Below, in pieces: positions 1-11,300 of a stretch of DNA of 64,000 nucleotides (position 1 is the first letter of the stretch; each line of letters opens with the position of its first letter). The notes beneath the pieces are model-generated. The model ran no database searches and was not told the DNA's origin. It saw only the letters and a program-made list of their open reading frames with translations. The position numbers were made by a program, and so were the translations under genes. The DNA lies in contig CAKKNE010000002.1 in assembly GCA_918797485.1 (NCBI GenBank), positions 1,736,001 through 1,800,000 of the forward strand. The letters run 5' to 3'. Source of the DNA: Pelagomonas calceolata. Its lineage: Eukaryota.

Positions 1-926
1 GCCGGCACGTCGATCAATTTCGCCTTCTGCTTCGTGATGTCGAACGTGAACTCGGCGAGCTCCCTCCGCGTGTACTCGGCCGGCCCGCCTAGCTCCACGA
101 CCTTCCCCTGGTACTGCGATGGCTCGGTCGCGATCTTGTTGATGACCTTCGCGACGTCCGCGACGTACGTCGGTTGCACGACCGCCCGGCCGTCATCCAC
201 TAGTGGCACCACTTGGAGGGGCATGTTCGCCACCGTAGCAAACCAGTTCAATAACCTATCTTCGGGCCCGAACAACGCGCAGGGCCGGACGATCGTGGCG
301 TTCGGGAACTCCTCCAAGACCGCTTGCTCGCCTTTGGCTTTGGCCCTTGCCCAGGCTACGGGGCTATCGGGTGATTGCGCGGCACAGGAGACATGAATAA
401 AATGTTCGCAGCCCGCCTCGCGCGCCGCCTTCGCAATCGTCCGCGCGACGTCCACATTTGTTTCTTCATACGAGTAGTTGACCCTGCTTTTACTTCCATC
501 GGGTTTTTTCGTGGGCACCACGCCCTTCGTCTCGTAGTACTTGCCGACCATGTTCACGGTACACGTAGCTCTCCCGATGACGTCCTGGACCGACGCCGCG
601 TCTCTGGGAGAATAAAAGGGCGCGTGGAATTGACCGTGATCAAAGGACACCTTCAAGTGCCGCGTCTCATCATCACTCCCGCGGTTGCCCACGCGGACCC
701 TCGTGCCGACCTTGCCCATCTCCGAGCAGACGTATCTTCCTAAAAATCCCGTCGCTCCAAATAAGCTCGCTCGCACGCCGCTCACGGAGTGGCGGCCGCC
801 GAGGCCGTACTCTCCGGTTCGTAGGGACGACGCGCTCGCCTCGTGGGCGTCGACGGCGCCGACGACGGCCGACAGCGACCGCGTCGCTGTCGCGCGGGGG
901 GCCCGCCGGAGGCTTGAGGCGAGCAT
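1..926 (-). CDS. NDUFA9: NADH:ubiquinone oxidoreductase 39-kDa subunit (NDUFA9, SDR fold); 3' end lies outside the window
   Basis: Absent from the ORF track because it has no stop in the window. Manual translation from ATG at 926 gives a mitochondrial-like presequence MLASSLRRAPR, then GGRHSVSGVRASLFGATGFLGRYV, VNMVGKYYET, ATIVRPCALFGPEDRLLN and VQPTYVADVA, all typical of NDUFA9. Confidence 0.9.
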   Translation of the reverse strand, partial: MLASSLRRAPRATATRSLSAVVGAVDAHEASASSLRTGEYGLGGRHSVSGVRASLFGATGFLGRYVCSEMGKVGTRVRVGNRGSDDETRHLKVSFDHGQFHAPFYSPRDAASVQDVIGRATCTVNMVGKYYETKGVVPTKKPDGSKSRVNYSYEETNVDVARTIAKAAREAGCEHFIHVSCAAQSPDSPVAWARAKAKGEQAVLEEFPNATIVRPCALFGPEDRLLNWFATVANMPLQVVPLVDDGRAVVQPTYVADVAKVINKIATEPSQYQGKVVELGGPAEYTRRELAEFTFDITKQKAKLIDVP

Positions 927-1145
927 GCTGCTTGAGGCTTGACCTGCTCGGCGGCCGGCGCGGATCGGCTAAGAGAAACGCGGCGGGCTGGCGCGTTTGT
1001 AGGAGCTCTAAAATAGCCTCCGGCTGCGCTGCGCGGCTGGCGTAATGTGGTAAAAACTGAGCTCAAAGCCGAGAAAACCCGATTATTTTTGGGGCGGCGC
1101 CGCGCACGACGTCAACGCGCCCCACCGGAAATATCATCACCATAT

Positions 1146-2309
1146 TTAGTCATCCTCGTCATCCTCGTCGTCCTCCTCGTCGTCCTCGTCCTCGCCCTCG
1201 CCGTCCTCGCCGCCGTCGTCGCCGTCATCAGCGGAGACCTCGGTCCAGCCGTCGGCGTCGCGGTACTGCGCCAGCCCCCGCTCGGAGCCGTCGTCGCCGG
1301 CCCGCGCGAGCGCCTCGTCGGCCACGAGCGGCCGGTAGAGCTCGTACAAATACGCCTCCTCGTCGAGCGCCATGATGAGCTGCTGCGGGCCGTTCAATAA
1401 GACCTGGAAGAAGCCGTCGGCGTGGCGCGGGCCCCGCGGCAGCATGTACCACAGCACCTTCTGGAGGTAGCGCGCCGGCCGCGTTTTGAGAGCCAATGCC
1501 ACCGGCAGCAGCAGCAGCAGGAACGTCTTGCGGCCCGCGTCCTTGACGCCGACGTTCGCCGCCACCAAGAGACCGAGCGCGACCTTGGCGCCCTCTTTAT
1601 AATCCATGTCCAGAATTAATGAAGCGCGCTCGCCTATCGTGGCTTTTTTCGACACCGCGCGGCCGCTCTCGAAGAAGGCCTTGCGCGGGTCCCGCTTCGC
1701 CAGGAGGCCGCGGCCGTCCCTCACGATACCTTCCGTGACTTTCGCCTTGCGCCGCTCGAGCTCCGGTGCCAGCGACGCGAGGAGCGCGCGCTCGTGACGC
1801 CGCACGTCGTTCGCCACGCGCGCGCACACGCCCAACGCGTCGTCGTCCTCCCCCTCCTCAAGATCCTCGTCGAATTCGTCGGCCAGGACTCGTCGCATGT
1901 GGTCGAGCGCGGCGCTCTCGGCCGCGTAGGCCCGGACCCGATCTTCCAGGTCGTCCGGCGGCCGCGGCCGGCCGTCGGCGACGGGCGGCACGACGTCCAA
2001 CGTGAGCGCCGTCCGCGTTCGTTCCTCGTCGTCTTCCTCCTCATCTTCCCTCAATGACGAGGCGGGTTCGTCGTCTTTTAGTAATCGGCTCCCGAGGAAG
2101 AGCCTCTGTACCGATCTAGGTGGGCCGCCGGGGAAGCGCATGGACAACATGTCCTTGAGCTCGCCGATCGTCAAAGTTTCGTCGTCGAGGTTCACATCAA
2201 CCTTCTTATCGAGGAAGCGACTGCCGACGGCGGTGGCCACGCGCAGCTCCAGGGCTTGCGTAACGGCGCAGCAGAGCAGCAGCAGTCGTGGTGCTCGTCG
2301 TCTTTTCAT
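1146..2309 (-). CDS. Ubiquitin-like domain membrane protein with signal peptide and acidic C-terminal tail
   Basis: Within ORF 1146..2486; likely start MKRRRAPRLLLLCC. UBL-like TIGELKDMLS...PPRSVQRLFLGSRLLKDDE, two hydrophobic segments, and a D/E-rich tail. Confidence 0.6.
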   Translation of the reverse strand: MKRRRAPRLLLLCCAVTQALELRVATAVGSRFLDKKVDVNLDDETLTIGELKDMLSMRFPGGPPRSVQRLFLGSRLLKDDEPASSLREDEEEDDEERTRTALTLDVVPPVADGRPRPPDDLEDRVRAYAAESAALDHMRRVLADEFDEDLEEGEDDDALGVCARVANDVRRHERALLASLAPELERRKAKVTEGIVRDGRGLLAKRDPRKAFFESGRAVSKKATIGERASLILDMDYKEGAKVALGLLVAANVGVKDAGRKTFLLLLLPVALALKTRPARYLQKVLWYMLPRGPRHADGFFQVLLNGPQQLIMALDEEAYLYELYRPLVADEALARAGDDGSERGLAQYRDADGWTEVSADDGDDGGEDGEGEDEDDEEDDEDDEDD

Positions 2310-2683
2310 CCTTGCGATGCGTGCGCGCGCAGCGGCGGCGTGCGCACAGCGGCTTGCAAGGACAAGTGGCAAGCTTTGTGAGCACACTGCTTGCGTTACG
2401 CGAGCTTGCGCTACGAAAAATGAATCGCACGTATGGCACGATTGCTGCGCATGCACTTTTGCCCGTGCAGCCCTTTGCGCAGTCAATTAGCTCGCTATAG
2501 CATGCTGCAGCACAAAAGCGGAGGCCTCCAGCGGCACCGCAAAGTCGAAGCTACGAGGCCTTGCGAGCCTTCTCTACGCGTGACGACCGATATGGCGCCT
2601 CAAACCGACCTCGAGGCAGCCATCGAGCTCGCCGGCACTGTGAGAGCCTCGCATTATCAGGCGCGCGAAGGGCATCATCAGAC

Positions 2684-3782
2684 ATGGCTGTCCCAGACAA
2701 AGTAGCTTTGGGGTTGTTCTTCTTCTGGTGGTAACCGATCCAGCGTTTCGAGCCACGCCCAGCAGCAAAACTTGCAATGCCCCTCATGTTGCAAAATGAC
2801 GCCGCGCGCGCAACGCAGGTATGCCGGCAACACCAAGTACAACGAGTACAACAAGGGCGCGCTCGACGCCGTCGGCGGCAAGACGGCGGGCATGACGATG
2901 ACGGTGTCGACGATGCAGCTCGGGGTGTGCGCGCTCTACGCCTTGATTTTGTGGGTCGTTGGCTTGAACCCCGTCAAGCTCTGCGGCTTCCAGGCGCCCG
3001 ACAAGCAAGCCTTACCGAAGTCGACGAAGGACGACATCATCAAGACCGTGCCCGTGGGCTTCTGCGCGGCCGCGGCGCACTCTTCATCGGTATTTGCCCT
3101 GGGCGGCGACCCGCTCTTCGGCCAGATCGTCAAGGCCGGCGAGCCGGTCATGAGCGCGATCGTCAACACGCTCTTCTACGGCAAGCCGCCCTCCATCTTA
3201 AAGGCGGCGTGCCTCCCGATCATTGTGGGTGGCGTCATGTTCGCCTCGTTAAAGAAGCAGGCGGAAGGTGGCTACGCCCTCAAATTCGATATGACCGCGC
3301 TCCAGTTCGGGCTCCTCGCGAACTGCTTCGCGGCCTTCAAGGGTAGCGAATCGAAGAAGCTCATGACGGACCCGGGCATCAAGAAACGCTACGGCGGCGT
3401 CGGCAACCAGTACGCCGTCACGGAGATCCTGGCCTTCCTCATCTCGCTGCCGGTCATGTTCCTCACGGAGGGCGCCAAGTTCGGCGAGTTCGTCGAGCTC
3501 TTCAAGACGTCGTCGGACCTCCAGTTCAACCTCGTGATGTCCGGCATGATGTTCTACCTCTACAACGAGCTCGCGACGATGACAATCAAGGCGACGGGCG
3601 CCGTCACGGCGTCGGTGGCCAACACCGCGAAGCGGGTCATCGTGCTGGTGTACATGGCCATGGTCACGGGCAAGGCCCTGACGGACGAGCAGAAGATCGG
3701 CGCCGCCGTGGCCATCGGCGGCGTGCTCCTCTACTCGGTCATCGACGACCTGTTCAGCTCGAAGAAGACTAAAACGAAGTGA
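2684..3782 (+). CDS. Triose-phosphate/sugar-phosphate translocator (TPT, DMT superfamily); intron 2731-2818
   Basis: Exon 1 MAVPDKVALGLFFFW joins through a GT..AG intron to WYAGNTKYNEYNK. TPT motifs FGQIVKAGEPV, FYLYNE and SVANTAKRVIV; multiple TM helices. Confidence 0.88.
2731..2818 (+). other. Spliceosomal intron (GT-AG) in the TPT gene
   Basis: TG|GTAACC...ACGCAG|G; removal restores the FFFWWYAGN reading frame. Confidence 0.8.
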
Positions 3783-3845
3783 GCAGGCTGTGGCGAGGCG
3801 CGGTTGCGTGTCTAGGGACAGTAACATTCTTATTTCAACAAACTC

Positions 3846-6095
3846 TCAGGGCCGCCGTAACCCGCAGACCCAGCACTCCATGGCCTCGGCCTTGTTGACG
3901 CTCGTGCAGAAGCACGTCCAGGCGCCGGGGTCGACCGGTGCCGGCGCCGGCGCCGGCGCCCTGGCTACGGGTGGGGGCGGCGGCGTCGGTCGCGGGCGCT
4001 TCGGAGCAGGTGGCGCGTCGTCGGCGGGCGTCCAGACGCCGCTGCCCACGGTGACCTCGTGGTAGCGAGGCCGCGCGATTCTCGTGAGCCAGTGCGCGAG
4101 CTCCTGCTCGCCCAGGTTGTAGCCGCGGCTGCGGTCCTGCAGATTGTCCGCGACGATCGTGACGCCCTTCGCCGTCGCCGCCTCCAGTAAACGGTACGCG
4201 GCCGAGAGCGCGCCGTTCTGGAGGAGCGCCACGCGCCCGGCGGTCTGGCCGTTCACGGAGACGAAGACGCGGTCGAGCGGCGAGTAGCGCGCCTTGTTCG
4301 CAAGATCTCCCGCTGCCAGCCGATATTTTTCCGTCGAGGAGCCGGCCTTGCCGCGTCCGATAAAGCACGTCGCGTCGCGAGCCTTGCGCAGGTCCTTCTC
4401 GAGGGAGCGGTGGGCGTCCGCGTCGCGCAGCGTCGCGAGGCGGCCGTGGAGCGAGGCCGGCACAGGAGCGGCCGGGGGCGGTGGCGGCGGCGGCGGCGGC
4501 GCGGGCGCGACCGTCGGCTTCGGCGCCTTGGCGCGCGGCGGCGCGGCCTCGTCGTCCGACGAGGTGTCGAGGATGGGCTTCTTCCGCTTCTTGGGCGCGG
4601 GCGCCGTCTCGGCCTTCACCGTCGGCGCGGGCGCGGGCGCAGGCGCAGGCGCCGGCGCGGGCGGCGGCGCGGGCGCGGCGGCGCGCTCCGGCTTGATGCG
4701 CTTGATCTGGAGGACAGTGCCCTTGCCCTGGACCTCGCGACTCGCCGTCGTGAAGCCACCTCTGGATTCCGCCCAGCGGTGCACGGCCATGCGCGACGCC
4801 TTGTCTAGGCCCCGCACGTCGACGCGGCCGCGCGAGCCGTTGGCGAACGTGAGGATGGCCCCGGCCCGCTGCTCGCCGAGCGCGGTCGTTAACGCTTCGT
4901 CCGCGTCCGGCGGCGGCGGCGCAGCAACGGGCGCCTCGACCGCCCGGCCGTCGATCGTCGCGCCGCTCTGCGACCCGAGCACGACCAACGACTCGCCACC
5001 GCCACCGAGGACCAGCCGCAGCGGGCAGTGGTCCGAGCCCATGAAGCCGATGCGCTCCGCGCCGCGGCCCAGCAGCTCGCACGCCGCCACGCCCAGCTTC
5101 ACGGAGACGAGCGCGTGGTCGATGCGCATGCCCTTGCCGTAGTAGCGCCCTCGACCACCGTCGCCCGCCGCGCCCCGATAGCTGAAGTTCGGGCCGTCTA
5201 TGTCGACGTCCGAGTTCTTCGCGCGGAACGCGTCGACCAGCGCGCCCTCGCTGAGCAATTCGCGGAACATGCGGCACTCGCGTTCCGAGCAGCCGGGCTG
5301 GCCCTCGTCGTCGGGGTCCAAGCGCTCCGTGACCCAGCCGCCCGCCGGCGGCCGTCCCAATCTTCTTTTATTTACGTTGTTCTCCCGCTTGAACCACGAC
5401 GGGTGGCTCAGGTCCTCGTCGCGCGGCGCTACATTTAAATCGCCGACGTAGACGAGGGGCTTGCGGCCCCACTCTTTGATATCCCGGGCGAAGGTCCGTA
5501 TCCTCTCTTCCCAGGCTGCTCGCTTCGCGAAATGGGGGCCGTCCACGCCGTTGTTCGGGCTGTACGTGTGCAGCAGGAGCAGCGTCTCGTATTCTAACAG
5601 TATAATCCGTCCATCAAGCTCGTGGCGCGTCCCGAACCGGGGCGACTCCTCGTCCAGCTCGCCGACGCGGGGCAGGTCGAACCAGACGCGCTTCGGGGAC
5701 GCGCCGCCTCGTTTCAACAAAACCGCGGAGCCGGCGTACTTCGTGTCGCTCAGCGAGTAGACGGGCGCGTGCCAGGCGTCGCGATCGAACAACGCCCGGA
5801 CGCGATCTAATTCCTCGTCCTTCGCTTGTGGCCTCCGCCGGTCCCGCTCATGGCCGTCGCCCTTTTTGTGTTTCGGCACGCCACAATAGGCCTTGAGCCG
5901 CACCTCGCTCAAGAACACGCAGTCGGCGCCGCACGTCGCCAGGAACCGTCGTACCTCGTCCGCGTTCTTCTCGCTGCGCGGCACGACGCCATTGATGTTC
6001 CACGAGACGATGGCGGTCGGGTCTCCTGATGGTGTTGTCTCAGTGAGCTTCGCGAGTTTACGCGAGGCGCCCTCCCCGCCGAGGAAGCGCTTCAT
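3846..6095 (-). CDS. AP endonuclease/ExoIII (EEP) fused to an R3H-like domain, an unassigned domain and a RanBP2-like Zn finger
   Basis: EEP motifs SWNING, FLSE, YSPN, GDLNVA, DAFR, RIDH and GSDHCP. RMAVH in an R3H-like context. C-terminal WTCFCTSVN...CWVCG. Confidence 0.88.
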   Translation of the reverse strand: MKRFLGGEGASRKLAKLTETTPSGDPTAIVSWNINGVVPRSEKNADEVRRFLATCGADCVFLSEVRLKAYCGVPKHKKGDGHERDRRRPQAKDEELDRVRALFDRDAWHAPVYSLSDTKYAGSAVLLKRGGASPKRVWFDLPRVGELDEESPRFGTRHELDGRIILLEYETLLLLHTYSPNNGVDGPHFAKRAAWEERIRTFARDIKEWGRKPLVYVGDLNVAPRDEDLSHPSWFKRENNVNKRRLGRPPAGGWVTERLDPDDEGQPGCSERECRMFRELLSEGALVDAFRAKNSDVDIDGPNFSYRGAAGDGGRGRYYGKGMRIDHALVSVKLGVAACELLGRGAERIGFMGSDHCPLRLVLGGGGESLVVLGSQSGATIDGRAVEAPVAAPPPPDADEALTTALGEQRAGAILTFANGSRGRVDVRGLDKASRMAVHRWAESRGGFTTASREVQGKGTVLQIKRIKPERAAAPAPPPAPAPAPAPAPAPTVKAETAPAPKKRKKPILDTSSDDEAAPPRAKAPKPTVAPAPPPPPPPPPAAPVPASLHGRLATLRDADAHRSLEKDLRKARDATCFIGRGKAGSSTEKYRLAAGDLANKARYSPLDRVFVSVNGQTAGRVALLQNGALSAAYRLLEAATAKGVTIVADNLQDRSRGYNLGEQELAHWLTRIARPRYHEVTVGSGVWTPADDAPPAPKRPRPTPPPPPVARAPAPAPAPVDPGAWTCFCTSVNKAEAMECWVCGLRRP

Positions 6096-6525
6096 TGTCG
6101 CATGCGCGCTGGCTGCTTGTGAGAGTGCTTGTGTCTGCGGGTGAAGGCTTTCCAAGCAGCAATGCGGCACAAAAACACGAGCTGCGAGGGGCCCATGCGA
6201 TGTATACTTATGGTACCTTATGGTACCTTACTGGCACGGGACCCTTTGGCTGCCTAGGTATCTAGAAACGATGGGAAACGGGCACCTGGTATTTTACTGA
6301 TTATGTCACGCACGTAAGGGGGTGGGATAGACTACGACGCCAATCTTACTGGGGCGGGGGATTAAATTTATGATCAACCGACTATTCTCCAGACGTGCGA
6401 ACGACGCGGTTATTAAATTTATGAGCGACCGACGGCTTCGCGGCGGGACCCCCGAAAAAGCGTGGTTCAATGTGTGCAGCGATTAATAAACCCCCGCGCT
6501 CGCGCGCAGAAGCCCACAACAGGGA

Positions 6526-7836
6526 CTACTCGTCGCCGCCGCCCTCGCGGTCCAGGGACTGCGTCGAGCCCGACGTCGGGAGGTGGCCGTTCGCGGGCGG
6601 CGCGTGGCCGTTCGAGGCCTCGCCGCCGCCGCCCTTGCCCTTGTACGCGTGCGCGCCGAGGCCGTAGATCTCGCCCCGGTACTTGTCGTCGACCAGGGCG
6701 TAGCGGTCCTCGGGCATCGCCGAGGCGAAGGCCAGGTCGACCACCCGGAAGAAGGTGGCGTTCGTCAGCATGCTGTCGGACCCCGCCTGGTGCATGGGCC
6801 CGACGCGCTCGACCTTGAGCTCCTCCGCGATGCGCTGGAGGCCGCCGTGCAGCCCGTCGACCTGCGTCACCACGAGCTTGACGTCGAAGATCCGCGGGAA
6901 GTAGATGTGGAGCAGCTCGAAGAACTGCTCCTCCGTCGACGGCAGCGCGGAGCACGTCAGGATCTTCAGCAGGTAGCCGAAGTCGTAGCCCGAGTGGAAC
7001 GAGATCCATTTCACTTCGTCAACCAAGACGAGCCCGGACATCATGATCAGCTCCCCGAAGCGCTGCACGTCGATGCCCTCGGCCGCGTGGCGGTCAAAAT
7101 CAATCCCCGACTGCTTCAGGAGCTCGATGGAGTCCTCGGCGTACATGTCCTCGTTGAGATCAAATCTAAAGTTGAACTGGTAGCAGTAGCAGCCCTCGGC
7201 GGGCGTCTCGCCGTTCTCGCCGCAGAAGCTGATGCCGAGCTGGATGATCTTCAGCAGGTCCACGTTGCACTGCAGCGTCTGGTACGCGAAGCCGTTCGAG
7301 CTCAGGTCGCCGACGGGCTTCGCCACGACGCCGGGGAACTCCGTGTCCATGGCGACGTAGGGGTACCGCTCGACGAGCTCGCGGATGACGGCCATCTCGG
7401 CGTCGAGCGTCGACGCCCAGACGTCCTTGATCTCGACCTGCGTTTTTGTGGGGGGTGAGAGGGCGTGCTTTCACGGTCGCGCGAGCCCCGCGGCGATGGC
7501 GTGGGGGCCGCGAGAGCACAGCTCGTGCGCCAGCGCGGAGAACCTCGGCCTCCCCTCGGCCCGGACGCGAGGAGCCCCTCTCGGCGCGGGCGGCGCGAGC
7601 GAAAGCGTACTCCTCGTATCGCGCGCCACGCGACGGCGAGCTGGCGCCCGCGGCCCGTGGTTCGAAGTGATTTCCTGGCGGCGCCGGTATCTCGCCATCT
7701 TTCCGTCGGGCCCGGGGTACCTCTGCACATCCTTCGAGGGCGCTGCATCTTTTTTATCTATCGACAGGCCCTGCAGGGCCTCGCTCGCGCCCCCATCCGG
7801 GGGTGCCGCTTCTCTAGCAGGCTCGTCGCTGCTCAT
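6526..7836 (-). CDS. CAF1: CCR4-associated factor 1 deadenylase (CAF1/CNOT7); GC-AG intron 7438-7695
   Basis: Motifs YVAMDTEFPG, CNVDLLKIIQLG, FHSGYDFGYL and HQAGSDS. Exon 1 (7836-7696, ending YPGPDGKM) joins in phase 0 to VEIKDVWA. Confidence 0.92.
7438..7695 (-). other. Spliceosomal intron (GC-AG) in CAF1
   Basis: ATG|GCGAGA...ACGCAG|GTC; frame-preserving. The donor position is inferred. Confidence 0.65.
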
Positions 7837-8329
7837 GCGGCACTAACATAAAGCGCAGGGCGCGGCCTCTTCTGTCGAGTTGTGAGGAACTGGCTATCGT
7901 TGGCTATCATCTCTGCGTCCTCTGGGCGTACCGGAAGGCGTCGCCGGGCGTCCCTAGGGACTGCGCGGCGAGCTCGATGGCGGCACGGCGCCCAGGCTAG
8001 AGGAGGCGGACCTCGCGCCCTGTAACAGGCTTCCCACGGGTGGTTTCAGCCTTGTGCGGGAGGTCAGAATGAAGCAGGGACGGGTCTGGAAAAAGGCTAG
8101 AGTGTCTTTTGGCACGCTAGAACGAGCGCGGGATAGTTTTGCCCGAGGTAGTTTGCCCTGATACTGGTTGAAAAACCAAGCGCGTTCGCCGCAGCGTTAG
8201 CTCCGCGCTGCGTTCGTGCTGTCACCGCGCCACTGGTAAAAAACGGTACGCCTGCGCGCCCCACGTACGCGCCAAACGCCACCTGAAGCATCCAGCCGCG
8301 CAGCCACCGCGCGGACGCAAGCACCACCA

Positions 8330-11300
8330 ATGGACGACTCCAGCGACGACGACCTCGAGATCGGCCCGCAGAAGTCCGCCGAGGAGCTCCTCCGGGAGCG
8401 CGAGCGCCTCGCGGAGGCGCGCGGCGACGTCGTCGACGTCGGCGCGGACGACGCCGACGCCGCGATGCCGCCGCCGGTCGCGGTCAAGCCCGAGGCCGTA
8501 AAGCCGGAGCGCAAGCCCCACCTCGCCTACGAGGACGAGGGAATGGAGGCCAACGACGCGGAGCCGGAGCACGCGCCCGAGCCGTGGTGGAAGAAGCTGC
8601 AGGGCAAGAAGCGGCCGTCCAAGGCGCCCGAGGCCCTCGCGGCCGAGCTGAAGGAGCTCTCCATCGCGGCGGCGGCGCGCGCGCCGCGGCCCGCCGCCGC
8701 GCCGCTCCCGCCGGCGCCGCCGGGCGCGTCGCGCTTCGAGGCCTTCGCGCACCGCGAGGGCAGCGCGCCGAGCGCGCCGCCGAGCGGGCCGCCGGTGCCC
8801 ATGGGCCGCGCCGAGGCCATGATCGCGCAAGCCGCCCCGCCCGAGGCCCCCGAGCTCTGCGACGTCCCTTGCACGGTAGATGCGGCGCGGACCAAGTGCA
8901 CGCGGAGCTTCCACGGCGTCAAGGTCGCGTTTGCCTTCGACACGCCGCTCACGCCCCAGCAGAACGTCATGCAGCGCGTCGTGAAGGCCATTCTTAAAAG
9001 AGAGACGGCCTTACTGGAGTCGCCGACGGGGACGGGCAAGACGCAGGCCCTCCTATCGTCGTGTCTGGCGGCCCAGCGCCACTTGATGCTCCAGGGCCAG
9101 AAGGTGGGCAAGATCATCTACGCGACGCGGACGATCGGCCAGGTCAAGCAGCTGCCGGGCGAACTAAGGAGGAACCCCTACCGGGCGCTGGCCGCGCCGC
9201 TCGCGTCGCGCGCCCACTACTGCACGAACGACGCCGTCAAAGCCAGGGAGGGCGACAACGCGAGGTTAAGCCAGGCCTGCCGCAAGATGGCGAAAGCGGT
9301 AGAGAAGTTTAGGGGCGGCGGCGGCGACGTGATCTGGGACGACCAGAACCCCCATCATGAGCGCCAGCAGACCGTGGGCTGCCCCCACTACCGGGCGCTG
9401 TCCTCGCCCCAGACGGCGACGACACTGCACGCGACGCGGCCCGGGTGCTGCACGTCATCATCCCAAGACATCGAGGACTTGGCGGGGGTCGTGAACATGG
9501 ACGACCTGCGCCGCCTCGCGCGGGGCGACGAGCCGGGCCACGAGGGCGCCTGCGCCTACCACTCGGCGACGGCGTTGGCCAAACGGTCCCACATCATCTT
9601 CTGCCCCTACCAGTACCTCATGAACCCCAGTATTAGGCAGGCCATGGGCATCGAGAACTACCTCGAGGACGCCATCGCCATCGTCGACGAGGCGCACAAC
9701 GTCGAGAGCGTCGCGCGCGACGGCGGCTCCTTCGACAAATCATTATTTGACCTGGCGCAGCTCGAGGACTACTGTACGAGAAGGCAATCTGTAAGAGGGA
9801 ATTCCGTGAGCGCGCTGGGCGACGTCGTGAGACGGTTGCGGACGGGGCTCCTCGCGGCCCAGGAGGTCTGGTGCGGGCCGGCCCGCGATGACGATGATGA
9901 CGAGGACGATTCAACAAAGTACCCATGCGATATATCAATGGCGAAGCGCCAGAGATTTCGCGTGTCGCCGGACGAGCGCGACGTCGTGCCGGGCTTCGAC
10001 TGGGGCGCCGCGGACCGGCGGCCGACCACAGTAGGGTTCTTCGAGAAGTTCCAGCTGTCTCCCGATTTACTGAACCGGGCCGCGGGCGAGGCTTCGGTGG
10101 TTGCAGAGGAAGCTAGGAACGCGGACGGCGACGAGTTTATTATTGGCGACCAGCTGGAAGGCTTGGCGGGCTGCTTGTTATTGGCCTACCAGCAGCGGAC
10201 GCACTACGCCATCTGCTGCCGCGCGTGGCCGAACCAGAGTTGTGAAAGGCCCAAGCGCTTTAGGGATTCGCTCCACAGCCAGGACTTGCAGCGACTCTCG
10301 GGCACGGAGCCGGCCTGGGGGTTTGAATTATGTGTCTGGCTGCTGCACCCGGGCGTTGTTCTAGATGACCTCGCGAAGAAGGTCCGGTGTTTGGTGCTGG
10401 CGTCGGGGACGTTGGCACCCCTAGATCAGACGGAACGGGAATTGGGCATCGAGTTTAGTAGGAGGATGGCCACGAAGGCTTTGGAGGCGAAGCACGTCGT
10501 CTGTACCAAAAGGCAGGTTCTTGTTAGAGCGGTAGGAAGCGCCGCCTTTGAAAGTAGGCCGCCCGTGCAACTCATGGGGAATGCTGCCAATCTAAAAAAG
10601 GACGAGTATCGATTGGCGCTGGGTGCGGCCGTCGTGAAACTTGTATCAAGGTGCCCCGGCGGCGCGCTCGTGTTTTTACCGTCCTACAAAGTCCTTTCGT
10701 CGCTACGATGGACGTGGCGCGACGACCGGCTCCATTTGAGGTACGGCGCCGAGCGACAAGGTCGAGAGGTCAATACCATCCTAAGACGACTAGAAAGGGC
10801 CAAGGGCACGGTGCTCTTCGAGGGGAAGGGTGATGGTGGTGACGCTACTCATGAAGAAACGATAGCGGACTATAAAAGGGCCGTCGCGCGGCGCGGCTCG
10901 GCCCTGCTGTTTTGCGTTTATAGAGGAAAATGCTCCGAGGGCATCTCATACAACGACGACGCCTGCCGTTTAGTAATAACGGTGGGGATCCCCTACGCGC
11001 CGGCGTTCGACCACCTCGTGATGCGGAAGCGGGCTTATAATGATGCGAAGATCAAGGGCGGGCTTGCCTTAGGCATGGCGCCGGGCGCCTGTGATCGCGG
11101 CGTCATGTCGGGCCAGGCCTGGTACGCCACGCAGGCCTTCCGCGCGCTCAACCAGGCGCTCGGGCGGAGTGCGCGGCCGCGTTTGAATTTGCGTTGTTGT
11201 GGCGTTTATGTTTCCACGCAGGCATCCGCCACCTCCACGACTACGGCGCTCTGGTATTACTGGACGCGCGCTTCGCCGACGACCCCGCGGCGCGGCGCGG

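Noticed and set aside
6200..6430. Short AT-rich repeats (CTTATGGTAC x2, ATTAAATTTATGA x2)
   Set aside because: Too short to support a regulatory or mobile element call.
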